Part shown: piece by piece, positions 51,367-64,000 of the stretch
How positions within the stretch are numbered: position 1 is the first letter of the stretch
Layout of the letters: each line of letters opens with the position of its first letter
Assembly (NCBI GenBank): GCA_965200245.1
Contig: CBDATS010000008.1
Span: forward strand, 64,001-128,000
DNA length: 64,000 nt
Origin: a bacterium
GTDB lineage: Bacteria > UBA8248
Direction: 5' to 3'
Translations under genes and position numbers: made by a program
The notes under the pieces: generated by a model
The model's input: the letters and a program-made list of their open reading frames with translations, nothing else
Told to the model about the DNA's origin: nothing
Databases searched by the model: none

Positions 51367-51386
51367 CGAATCGACCACCGCAGTGG

Positions 51387-51782
51387 TTAGCGTTTGGAGA
51401 ACTGGAAGCTCTTGCGCGCGCCTTTCAATCCATACTTTTTACGTTCTTTGACACGGGAATCGCGCGTGATTAGACCGGCTTTCTTGAGAATCGTCCGAAA
51501 TGCGGGGTCCACGCTCAACAGCGCCTTGGAAATGCCGTGCCGCAGGGCGCCCGCCTGGCCTGTGAGTCCCCCGCCCTTAACGGTGGCCCGCACGTCGTAG
51601 CTGCCCCACGTCTCGGTCAACTCAAAGGGCTGCTTTATCACCATGAGCGAGGTGTCGCGGAGAAAATACTCGTCCGCCGGCGTGTTGTTCACCAGAATCC
51701 TGCCATCGCCCGGCTCTATCCAGACGCGCGCAACGGCCGTTTTCCGTTTTCCCGTGGCATAGTGCTTCGGTATCGTGGCCAT
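51387..51782 (-). CDS. rpsI: 30S ribosomal protein S9
   Basis: [32 protein letters not shown]. Confidence 0.98.
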   Translation of the reverse strand: MATIPKHYATGKRKTAVARVWIEPGDGRILVNNTPADEYFLRDTSLMVIKQPFELTETWGSYDVRATVKGGGLTGQAGALRHGISKALLSVDPAFRTILKKAGLITRDSRVKERKKYGLKGARKSFQFSKR

Positions 51783-51807
51783 TTCGATTTCAAAAACCTC
51801 TTGGAAT

Positions 51808-52257
51808 TCAGTCCAACTGAATAACTTCGGGGCGTTGCGCCTCATGCGGATGTTTGTCGCCCGCGTACACTTTCAGTTTTTGTAGAATAGATCGTCCCAG
51901 CTTGTTTTTCGGCAACATACCCCGCACGGCGTGTTCTATCACCCGCTCGGGATGCGTTTCCAACATGCGCGCCGCATTCACTTCATTAAGATGGCCCGGA
52001 TAGCCGGAGTGACGATAGTACTTTTTCTCCGTAAGTTTGCGGCCTGTTAGCACGATGCGCTCTGCGTTGATAATGACGACGTATTCGCCGTTGTCGACAT
52101 GCGGCGTCCAGTCGGGTTTGTGTTTGCCGCGAAGCAGTGTAGCCACGCGCGTGCAAAGACGCCCCAAGGTTTGATCCTTTGCATCAACCAGCACCCAACT
52201 GCGCTGCGCGTTGGCCTCTTCCTTCGTGAGGCTGACGGTCTTTTTGTACATTCTCAT
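51808..52257 (-). CDS. rplM: 50S ribosomal protein L13
   Basis: [35 protein letters not shown]. Confidence 0.98.
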   Translation of the reverse strand: MRMYKKTVSLTKEEANAQRSWVLVDAKDQTLGRLCTRVATLLRGKHKPDWTPHVDNGEYVVIINAERIVLTGRKLTEKKYYRHSGYPGHLNEVNAARMLETHPERVIEHAVRGMLPKNKLGRSILQKLKVYAGDKHPHEAQRPEVIQLD

Positions 52258-52420
52258 CGGTTTTTTCTCTTATTCGACCAAGCAAAAGTCTTCTCTGGAG
52301 AAGACGAAGGTGTATATAAACCCCAGATGGGCGGGCGATGTCAACTGCCTCGGAAGGAATTTTCCCATAAGGATAGCGAACAGTATATTTTATTGAATAA
52401 CCGCTCGTTGTGCCCGAATT

Positions 52421-53200
52421 TCACAAAGGCGTAGCACGTATCCACGATGCAATATGCATGGGACATGGATGCGCTCCCTGCCGAGTATTCAGGTTTGTAA
52501 GCACGACCACGTAGCCGTGTTCACGCAGCGTTCGGAAGAAACGAACCGTGAATACACCCGTATCAGCGGAATTCCAATTTGCAGTACACAGGGGTCTGAA
52601 TAAGGACGTTTGCCCCGAGGCTCTCCAGATCGAACCAGACATCAAATACGGAATTTTCCCAGATATCGACCATCAACCAATTTTACCATCTCGGCGAACC
52701 TTGAGAAGAGGAGACGCACACGATTTGCCCGACAGTGCCCTCATACAAGGCGCGGGTGAAATCCGCGCACTCTGGCGTTGCGCTGCACAAGATTCTCGGT
52801 ATGTTTCTCGTACGGTATTTGTCGTTTCCGGGGTCCACGTACTCCGGCGAAAACGCGCGACAGAAGTCTTCTCCTGCCTGCCAGCCGCCTCAGGATACAA
52901 CGGGCAATATGAGTTCTTCGGTCGTACCCGAATAGCTGATACTCCTGGGCACGTAGAGCTGTCGCTTGTGTTGATACCACCCGATGCTCTCGACCGCTGA
53001 TTGAACGAAGGACAAATCCGGGATATGACTTTTCGCATTTTGCAGGCAGTGAACCGAGTGCAACTCGTGTCCGGCCTGACGACCCGGTAACACGCGTGCA
53101 AGAATTCCGGCGTGAGCGGAAGAGAGACGTAACCCAAACCCATTACGTATGACAGAGCCTTTTTTCTGGTTTTTGATGAGTTGCAGGAACCCTCCAAAAG
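52421..53200 (-). pseudogene. Nucleotide-sugar 6-dehydrogenase (WbpA/TviB-like) pseudogene
   Basis: Fragments MGLGYVSLPL, AFSPEYVDPGN, AEMVKL, YSDP, VVVLTN and IVDT appear in several frames. About 780 bp remain versus roughly 1.3 kb typical for the family. Confidence 0.8.
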
Positions 53201-53319
53201 GTAAAAAATCGGGGTTCTCTGACAACAATTGTTGTATAAAGAATAACAGAAATGATTGGCGCATATCGTTCACTTATACCGACGATAAACGGAATGTTCT
53301 CATAACGGGAGACTTAAGT

Positions 53320-54288
53320 ATGAAATGGTTGACGGGACTGGCCTTGGGTCTGCTCTTAATGGCGAACGCGGTCCAAGCGGCTGAAAAATGGAACATGCCG
53401 ACGGCATATGGGGACGCCAACTATCATACGCAAAATGGAAAACTCTTTGCCGAATCGGTAGGTATATGCACCGGGGGAAAACTTCAAATCGTGGTGCATT
53501 CCGGTGGTTCTCTCATCAAGGGTGGCGGGATCAAGCAAGCCGTACAAAGCGGGAAGATTCCCATCGGCGAACGCCTGCTGAGCGCACATCAGAACGAAAA
53601 TGCCGTCTTCGGCTTTGATTCCGTACCGCTTCTGGCCACGTCTTTCGAGGAATCCGAGAAACTCTGGCGCGCGGCCAGAAACCGTCTGACGAAAATTTTC
53701 GCCACGCAGAACCTCGTGCTGCTCTACTCCGTCCCTTGGCCACCGCAGGGGATGTATTTCAAACGCGCGATAGGCGGCGTCGCTGACATGCGCGGTATCA
53801 AGTTTCGCGCGTACAGCGCCGCGACGGCGCGGCTGGCGCAACTCGCCGGAATGCCCTCTGTACATATCGAACTTGCGGAACTCAAACGGGCGCTTGAAAG
53901 CGGCAAGGTGGAGGCTTTCATCTCCTCGTCCGCGACAGGTTATGACCTGAAACTATGGGAACATGTCAGCCATTTTTACGACACCCAAGCCTGGTTGCCG
54001 CGTAACTATGTGTTCGCAAACAAACGCGCCTTCGAGGCACTCGATTCGCACGCGCGCAACTGCCTGCTCTCTTCCGCCCTATTGGCCGAAGCGGCAGGAA
54101 CTGCGCGAGCGCGTGAGTTGACCAGTTTTTACCTCAAAAAACTCGCCGAAAATAGCATGCGCGTACAAAAGCCGGGAAAGCAACTCCAAGCCGGTCTCAA
54201 GAAAATCGGCGAAATCATGTCCGCCGAATGGGCAAAGGCCGCAGGAGCCGAGGGTAGGGCGATCATCAAGGCATTCAGAAGGGAATAA
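53320..54288 (+). CDS. TRAP transporter substrate-binding protein (DctP family)
   Basis: Signal peptide, WNMPTAY..NYHT, IGERLLSAH, YSVPWPPQG, KFRAY. Confidence 0.9.
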   Translation: MKWLTGLALGLLLMANAVQAAEKWNMPTAYGDANYHTQNGKLFAESVGICTGGKLQIVVHSGGSLIKGGGIKQAVQSGKIPIGERLLSAHQNENAVFGFDSVPLLATSFEESEKLWRAARNRLTKIFATQNLVLLYSVPWPPQGMYFKRAIGGVADMRGIKFRAYSAATARLAQLAGMPSVHIELAELKRALESGKVEAFISSSATGYDLKLWEHVSHFYDTQAWLPRNYVFANKRAFEALDSHARNCLLSSALLAEAAGTARARELTSFYLKKLAENSMRVQKPGKQLQAGLKKIGEIMSAEWAKAAGAEGRAIIKAFRRE

Positions 54289-54501
54289 GGAATCAGTCGG
54301 GAAGCAGCCTTGAATTATGGCAATTGCTGTTCCTGCGCCTTGGCCCAATATCTGGATGCGCTGAGGGCAATGATTTCTCTCAAACAGGCATCGTATCGGC
54401 CATGGCCAAAACAGCGGGAAAAGAAAATCTTCCGTGATTTCTCTCTGTATACGGGGTTAGAGATCTTTCATGCGCTGCCCACGCCGAAGGCGCGAAGCGC
54501 G

Positions 54502-55173
54502 TCAAATATTCATGGCGCGGACGAGGGGTGCACCCTCGTGATAGTCGATCACGTTCAGGGCCGTGAAATCCTGTTCCAACCGAAAAAAGCTCTCCAATGG
54601 AGCATCCAACGCATCGCACAGGATTACACGGTTTACTGCCGCATGGGCGCAGATGATTACGTTCTTTTCCTTCTCCCTAGTGCAAATGCCTTGATACGCG
54701 GGTAGCACCCGCGCAGCGAGTTCCGCCACGGATTCCCCGTCGCCCGGCGGCTTCGAATGAACGAAGTTCCTGTAATGCGCGGCCAGGCGCTCTGGCTCTT
54801 TTTCCGTGAGGGATGCGTACGTTTCCCCTTCCCAATCACCTAGGTGAAGCTCGGCGATATCAGGCACAATTACAGGCTTGAGTCTCAAGCTCATTGCGTC
54901 TGCCAAAATTTCCGCTGTCTTGACGGAGCGGGCGAGCGAACTGGTGTAAAGAACCGTTTCGCTTTCCATCAGCCAGCCCTTGACGCGCGCTGATGCTTCC
55001 CGAACCTGCTTTTCACCCTCGGCGAGGAGTGGCGCGTCGGTACTGCCGTAGAAATAACCCTCTTTTGAACCCTCGGCCGCACCATGCCTGAGCAAAAGTA
55101 CGCGCGTAGAGTCGGCCTTGCGCGGCATGGAGACCGTGGAATCGGCCCGCCTTTGGTTCACGTTTCTCTCCAA
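54502..55173 (-). CDS. Histidine phosphatase family protein (CobC-like)
   Basis: LLRHG, SSLARS, ELHLGDWEG, GES, AHAAVNR. The true start may be 55128. Confidence 0.88.
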   Translation of the reverse strand: MERNVNQRRADSTVSMPRKADSTRVLLLRHGAAEGSKEGYFYGSTDAPLLAEGEKQVREASARVKGWLMESETVLYTSSLARSVKTAEILADAMSLRLKPVIVPDIAELHLGDWEGETYASLTEKEPERLAAHYRNFVHSKPPGDGESVAELAARVLPAYQGICTREKEKNVIICAHAAVNRVILCDALDAPLESFFRLEQDFTALNVIDYHEGAPLVRAMNI

Positions 55174-55224
55174 TACGAAAACAGGCGCGGAGGGTTTTGC
55201 ACCGCACCTGAAAACAATGTCGCA

Positions 55225-55629
55225 CTATTTTGTGGCCAGCGAGACGTCCCGAACACCCGCTTCGGATACGAGTCCCATCACCTTGATCACGAAGCCGTAA
55301 TCAAGGCGCTTGTCCGCCTTGACAGTGAGAGAAGGCTCGAACTTTCCGCTCTCGATGTCTGATTTCAACTTGCTCTCCAAATTATCGAGCAACACCGTTT
55401 TACCGTTCAAAGTGATTCGCTTCTCCAGGCCGACTTCAATCAACAAAGATTTTTTCTTCACTACCTCGGCGCTTGATTTTGCCTCAGGCAGTTCAATGTC
55501 GAGCCTCCGGGTGAAATCCACGAATGAGGTGGAGACCATGAAGAAGATCAGGAGCAAGAAGACGACATCTATGAGCGAGGTGAGTTGGAGGCTGTAATCT
55601 TCCTCCGAATCGACCTGAAAGCGCATCAT
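55225..55629 (-). CDS. exbD: ExbD/TolR family protein
   Basis: LTSLIDVVFLLLIFFMVST, ADKRLDYG. Confidence 0.92.
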   Translation of the reverse strand: MMRFQVDSEEDYSLQLTSLIDVVFLLLIFFMVSTSFVDFTRRLDIELPEAKSSAEVVKKKSLLIEVGLEKRITLNGKTVLLDNLESKLKSDIESGKFEPSLTVKADKRLDYGFVIKVMGLVSEAGVRDVSLATK

Positions 55630-56450
55630 AAATCCTCGTCCGGCGTATTTACACTCTCCATACCCTGCATTACTTTTGCGGAAGACCTGTCCGCGTTCTC
55701 GCCGGGTTCTTCAGATTGTGCCGCCAGGTTCTGCAAAAGCGAGAGAGCGACCGATTCCATCTCGAACAGGAGGCGGCTGCTGCGCGAGCGGAAAAAATGG
55801 TACGCTGCAAGAGCGGGAATGCCTATCAAAAGGCCAGCCGCCGTGGTCAGCAGCGCTTCGGATATTCCTTCCGCCACGAGATTCGGGTTCCCCGTTCCGG
55901 CGCGGCTGATAACGTCGAACGCGCGTATCATCCCGACAACGGTGCCGAACAGCCCCAGCATCGGTGCCAGGTTCGCGATGACGCCCAGACCTCTGAGGTT
56001 TCGCGACAAAACGGTCGATTCGTGCTGACCCGTTCCGACCATAGAGCGCTCCATCTCACCGATTCCCAGGTGCCGCCTCGCAAGCCCCGCTTGAAGCACA
56101 TGAGCGAGAGGCGAGTCGAATTGTTTGCAGGTTTGGGTGGCTCTCTCGAAATTGCCGCTTCGCCAGTACTTCTCCGAAGCTCTAACCAAGGCGTCGGGCA
56201 GAACCTTCTTTCGCCTCAATGAAATAAGCCGCTCGAGCGTCACCATGAGCACGACGACCGAGCAGAGCCCCAAGGGGATCATTGTATAGCCCCCCTTCTT
56301 CAAAAGCTCCCAAACTTTGGTGGTAAAACCCCAATCGGCGAAGCTTGGGGCCGCGAACGCCTGCTCTGCTCCGAGCAGAAGAAATACGCCAGTTATACTG
56401 ACTGCAAAGGGCCACGGGCCCTCTTTTGAACGAATCGTTTCACGAAACAT
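55626..56450 (-). CDS. exbB: MotA/TolQ/ExbB proton channel
   Basis: APMLGLFGTVVGMI, GISEALLTTAAGL. Confidence 0.92.
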   Translation of the reverse strand: MFRETIRSKEGPWPFAVSITGVFLLLGAEQAFAAPSFADWGFTTKVWELLKKGGYTMIPLGLCSVVVLMVTLERLISLRRKKVLPDALVRASEKYWRSGNFERATQTCKQFDSPLAHVLQAGLARRHLGIGEMERSMVGTGQHESTVLSRNLRGLGVIANLAPMLGLFGTVVGMIRAFDVISRAGTGNPNLVAEGISEALLTTAAGLLIGIPALAAYHFFRSRSSRLLFEMESVALSLLQNLAAQSEEPGENADRSSAKVMQGMESVNTPDEDL

Positions 56451-57133
56451 CGCTTAAAATTCCTGTAACCCACGATAGGTCGGTTTCCACTGTAATTTGG
56501 GTATCGAACACGTCTGCACAAACGGGAAGCAAATCCTGCACGAGTTTCGAGAGTCTTGGCGAGGCTCCCATGAGTTTTTCAAGTGAGGTCACGCGCGCAC
56601 CCACTTCACCACAGGGGTGCATCATCTCGAAATATCTCAGATCGGGCGATGCGTTTAACGAAACCCCATGCATTGTCACCCAACGCCTTGCCCCCACGCC
56701 AAGGGCGAGAATTTTTTCATCCTCCACCCAGAGGCCCGGGTTCCCCGGCCTTCTCTCGGCGCGAAACCCAGCTTTCTCCAGATAGCGCCGAAAAATCTCC
56801 TCCAGACGTCTGCAGTGAAGATGCACGTCTCGCTCCCATTCGCGGAGGTCACATATGGCATAGAGCATCAGTTGGCCCGGGCCGTGAAAGGTCACCTCGC
56901 CGCCCCGATTGATCCGTGCGAGCGGAACCTCAGCGCCGTCGATGGGGGATCGCCTCAGAAGAACGTTCGTCTCGCTCCCTCCCTTGCCCAGCGTCATAAC
57001 CGGGTCGTGCTCCAGGAAAAGAAAAACGTCATCCCCCAGGCGTCCCTCGGCGCGCTCGGCCCACAGACGCTTTTGCATATCCCATGCTTCGCCGAACGCC
57101 ACCCGTCCCAGGAAGACGGCTCTGATGGATGGT

Positions 57134-57141
<8 letters not shown>
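56440..57141 (-). CDS. lipB: Octanoyltransferase
   Basis: LEHDPVMTLG, RGGEVTFHGPGQL, KILALG, HGVSLN, PCG. Confidence 0.93.
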
Positions 57142-60565
<3,424 letters not shown>

Positions 60566-60718
60566 ATCTATTCCCCGGGGCGGTATTTCATACAGGCGTG
60601 ACTTGGTTGCTTACTTCTTTGCGTGCAGCCGATGCGGCATCTCAATTTATGGCTTTGAATCCCTGGCCGCTATCTGTATCTTTTTGCGGCTAGGAAATTT
60701 ATTTCTGCCCGCGTCGGA

Positions 60719-61084
60719 TTAACCGCCGTATCCGAAAATTTGGCTGATGAACCTGCCGGGAATCATGGCGAATCCGCCCGCGATGAGGGCACCAATCATC
60801 GTGCCCGTCATGAACGCAGCATGCGTACGCACCCTTCCCCGCCGTATCGAGACTACTGCGGCCACCATACAGAACATTGTCCATATTGTGAGGAGGTGAA
60901 TCCAACTGAAATCGCCGTCGTTCAGTTCGCGAATCCAGAAGGAAGAAACCGTGACGTAGGTCATCACGACCATCCAGCACCAGCCGATGACGCGGTGCTT
61001 GCGCGTTCCTTTAGCGGACGCAAGATTGACCATGCCGAGCCCGATCGCCAGCACCGCCAGAATGAAATGCGTCCAAATCAGCAA
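60719..61084 (-). CDS. Small membrane protein, DUF2306-like
   Basis: KGTRKHRVIG.W, SFWI, FSWIHLL, H..FM, PGR. Confidence 0.75.
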   Translation of the reverse strand: MLIWTHFILAVLAIGLGMVNLASAKGTRKHRVIGWCWMVVMTYVTVSSFWIRELNDGDFSWIHLLTIWTMFCMVAAVVSIRRGRVRTHAAFMTGTMIGALIAGGFAMIPGRFISQIFGYGG

Positions 61085-61102
61085 GGTTTCGCTTCCCCGT
61101 GC

Positions 61103-61708
61103 CTAGTTGTTGGAATCCTTGAACACCATGACGTCCTGAATGAGTTTTCCCTTATAGCTCAGGTCTTCGTGCATGTTGGTGTTCAGCGTTACCCTGATCT
61201 CGAGATTTCCCTTCGGCAGTTTATCCATGAAATAAAAAGCCCCGTATAGCCTCGTGAGTTTCTTGTTGTTCAGGTACAGGTGCGCGTGTCCCTCGTTGAT
61301 CCTCGATGTCTTGTTCACTTCTTTGGGCGCGAAGCGAAAATTCTTAAGCTCCAGGTAGAGGTTGAGTGTCCCTTTGGTGTGGGCGTCCTTCTCAAGGTGT
61401 ATCTTCACACTCGGGGGGTTCTTGTAGTCTGCGGGAATTACTTTGACGGAATGTTTCATCTCGTGCACATGGTTGTGGCCTTTCATCATCTTGTGACCAT
61501 GTTCTTTCTTCGAGTCGCCGGTTTTTTTCATTTCATACCCTTGAGGCCCGATCATCCCATGCCTGTGTCCTTTCTTTCCATGGTCACTCTGTGCGATATG
61601 CCAGTGGGGATAATTCGCCTCATGGGCGTTGGCACTCATTACGGCGAAAAGCGAAACCAGGGAAAATAATGCAACCACGGCGAGTATGTTCCGGGACGTG
61701 CGTTTCAT
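61103..61708 (-). CDS. Exported His-rich hypothetical (putative metal-binding) protein
   Basis: Signal peptide, His/Met-rich linker, EGHAHLY..KLTRLYG, LNTNMH. Confidence 0.7.
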   Translation of the reverse strand: MKRTSRNILAVVALFSLVSLFAVMSANAHEANYPHWHIAQSDHGKKGHRHGMIGPQGYEMKKTGDSKKEHGHKMMKGHNHVHEMKHSVKVIPADYKNPPSVKIHLEKDAHTKGTLNLYLELKNFRFAPKEVNKTSRINEGHAHLYLNNKKLTRLYGAFYFMDKLPKGNLEIRVTLNTNMHEDLSYKGKLIQDVMVFKDSNN

Positions 61709-61908
61709 ATAATTTCAACTCCTCTGAGTAATTTCAGAAGCGGCGACGGGCCAAGCAAAGGAAAGAACGGGCAACTGCACTGTAAATTTGCTGATTCCAT
61801 AAGCCTAAATCTGGCACTACACCATCTTTTATCTTAACTTGTAAATCGAAGACATCGGCAACTATGAACAGCGTCCTTATTCCAATTACTCGATGAAGAT
61901 GAGAGAAA

Positions 61909-62658
61909 ATGCGCAAGTTTCTCCTCTTGATTTGTATCGTCTTTTTGGCAGGATGTAAAACTACATCAAAAGGGATTTCAGCCGCCATGTATTTCGATAC
62001 GACCAGCAGGCAAACCTACCAAGACAAAGACTGGAACCTTGAGTTTTACGATAATTGCGGACTTCCGGACTCTTCTTCAGTACGGTGGGTAACCGAAGGA
62101 AATGAGACATTTTTGCGCTTCACCCTGAAAAGGAAGCAACTGGGAGGATGCAGCACCGATGCCCTTGCCAGGCACGGCGCGCCATACTGGGAGCGCGCTG
62201 AAATAAAACAGGCGAGTACTTTGAATCGAGATGCAGACTATACATTGACCTTTAAAGTTCGGTTCGTAAAGGGATTTTCCCATCAAAGGGAAGGTTTTTT
62301 TCAGATGCACCAATCCACTCGAGATTGCCGGGTTGGTCCACCATTGATGTTCAAATTCTCGAACAAGCACCTGACAGCCAAATATTGGCATGAACGCTTC
62401 AAAAGGAAAGTCCACATCAATGAATTGATAGGAAAATGGATAGACGTAAAGCTGGAAGTTAATTTTACAGAATCGAATTACAACCTGATATTTAACGAAG
62501 AAAACTTATTGGCAAAGGAAGAATTTGCAGTAGAACCGTGTGGGAAGCCGCATTTCAAGTTCGGGATATACCGGCCCGGTGACGAAGACGTCGCCAGCGA
62601 AAGAATCTCCATTTTCGATATCGACAAAATCAGGCTGGTCGAGAGGAAGAAAAATTGA
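61909..62658 (+). CDS. Lipoprotein, polysaccharide lyase / heparin lyase I-like jelly-roll
   Basis: Lipobox LAGC, WERAEIKQ, FFQMHQ, HFKFGIYR. Low GC. Confidence 0.7.
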   Translation: MRKFLLLICIVFLAGCKTTSKGISAAMYFDTTSRQTYQDKDWNLEFYDNCGLPDSSSVRWVTEGNETFLRFTLKRKQLGGCSTDALARHGAPYWERAEIKQASTLNRDADYTLTFKVRFVKGFSHQREGFFQMHQSTRDCRVGPPLMFKFSNKHLTAKYWHERFKRKVHINELIGKWIDVKLEVNFTESNYNLIFNEENLLAKEEFAVEPCGKPHFKFGIYRPGDEDVASERISIFDIDKIRLVERKKN

Positions 62659-62694
62659 TTCCTGCTTAACATATTGATCTTAATTGCCCTTGAT

Positions 62695-64000
62695 TCATTC
62701 CCACTCGATCGTGCCCGGCGGCTTGGAAGAAATATCATAGACCACGCGGTTCACGCCGCGCACCTCGTTGATGATGCGCGATGATGCCTCGGCAAGCAAA
62801 TCCGCAGGCAAGCGTGCCCAGTCCGCCGTCATTCCGTCTTGGCTGGTGACGGCTCGAAGCGCGAGGGCGTTCTCATACGTTCTCGCGTCGCCCATTACGC
62901 CCACGGTGTTCACGGGCAGCAGAACGGCGAACGCCTGCCATACCCTGTCGTAATAATCGTGCTTGCGGAGCGTTTCGATGAAAATAGCGTCTGCCTCCTG
63001 GAGGGTTTTTACGCGTTTTTCCGTCACCTCTCCCAGGACGCGCACGGCGAGACCCGGGCCGGGGAACGGGTGGCGCCAGAGCATTTCGCGGGGCAAGCCC
63101 AACTCCTCGCCTGCTTCGCGTACCTCGTCCTTGAACAACTCGCGCAGGGGTTCGATAAGGGCAAGTCGCATCCATGTGGGCAAGCCACCCACATTGTGGT
63201 GGGTCTTGATCGTCGCTGAAGGCCCCTTGAACGAGACGCTCTCGATGACATCGGGGTAAAGCGTCCCTTGGGCCAGGAACTTCACATCGCCCAGCTTCCT
63301 CGCCTCGCGTTCGAAGATGCGGATGAATATTTCACCGATTCTCTTTCTTTTGGCTTCAGGGTGGGTGACGCCGCGCAGCACGTTCAGAAATTCCCTGCGC
63401 CCATCCGTGTGCACGAGATTGAGCCTTCCACCGAAAGTCTCCACCACCTGCTCGGCTTCGTTCTTGCGGAGCAGGCCATTGTCCACGAAGATGCAGGTGA
63501 GCCTTTCGCCTATCGCTTCTTTGACGAGCATTGCCGTGACAGAGGAATCCACGCCGCCCGAGAGACCGCAGACCACGTTCTTGTGCCCGACTTGCTTCCT
63601 GATGCGCTCGACCGTTTCTTCGATGAAGGAGCGCATCGTCCAATCACCCACACATCCGCAGATCTTGTAGACGAAATTGCGCAGAATTTCCTTGCCTCGC
63701 GGGGTGTGCGCCACTTCGGGATGAAACTGTATGCCGTAGCGACGCCCGTCTTCGGACATCATCGCCGCCACTGGGGAACCTTCTGACCGTGCGAGCGACT
63801 TGTATCCTGGCGGCGGCGCCTCTATCGTGTCTCCGTGACTCATCCAGACGGTCTCGGCCCCGCCTGATCCGAGAAAGATGCCGACCGGCTCTTCGACAAA
63901 CATTTCGGCACGACCGAATTCCCTCTTGGCATAAGGGCCGACCTTTCCGCCAAGCAGGTGTGTCATGAGTTGCATGCCGTAGCAGATTCCCAAGATGGGG
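62695..64000 (-). CDS. guaA: GMP synthase (glutamine-hydrolysing), 5' end outside window
   Basis: [48 protein letters not shown]. Confidence 0.98.
   Translation of the reverse strand, partial: PILGICYGMQLMTHLLGGKVGPYAKREFGRAEMFVEEPVGIFLGSGGAETVWMSHGDTIEAPPPGYKSLARSEGSPVAAMMSEDGRRYGIQFHPEVAHTPRGKEILRNFVYKICGCVGDWTMRSFIEETVERIRKQVGHKNVVCGLSGGVDSSVTAMLVKEAIGERLTCIFVDNGLLRKNEAEQVVETFGGRLNLVHTDGRREFLNVLRGVTHPEAKRKRIGEIFIRIFEREARKLGDVKFLAQGTLYPDVIESVSFKGPSATIKTHHNVGGLPTWMRLALIEPLRELFKDEVREAGEELGLPREMLWRHPFPGPGLAVRVLGEVTEKRVKTLQEADAIFIETLRKHDYYDRVWQAFAVLLPVNTVGVMGDARTYENALALRAVTSQDGMTADWARLPADLLAEASSRIINEVRGVNRVVYDISSKPPGTIEWE

Overview
A 64-kb bacterial chromosome segment from a moderately GC-rich diderm. 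Gene order (rplM-rpsI-argC-argJ-rpsB-tsf-pyrH-frr-uppS-cdsA-dxr; def-fmt-rsmB-PASTA-rpe; ffh-rpsP-rimM-trmD-SPOUT-rplS) suggests a Nitrospinota/Tectomicrobia/deltaproteobacteria-like lineage (inference only). The left 30 kb is accessory and metabolic: a multi-rhodanese, RraA, cyclase, MBL-fold protein, M20 amidohydrolase, F420-type LLM, a selD-msrA operon, an acyl-CoA dehydrogenase/MaoC/CoA-transferase cluster, an SsuD-like monooxygenase pair, GGT, tRNA-Lys(CTT), a Liv-type ABC transporter and a decayed low-GC islet (inverted-repeat element, PcfJ-like ORF, IS3 remnant, AbiE pseudogenes). The right 34 kb is mostly core genes (translation, recA, arg, dnaE, guaA) with small inserts. Best-supported hidden signal: selD is a selenoprotein gene. 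It has an in-frame UGA at codon 20 (GG-U-GSK) followed by a SECIS-like hairpin, and the ORF track truncates it. Several unannotated gene relics are also readable (comM 3' end, collapsed emrAB, nucleotide-sugar dehydrogenase, AbiEi/AbiEii), suggesting ongoing gene erosion. I found no CRISPR array, prophage or intact transposase, and I cannot confidently claim a wholly new system. The best candidates for uncharacterised biology are the 10.9-18.7 kb catabolic cluster, the 636-bp inverted-repeat element and the kinase-less PASTA protein.
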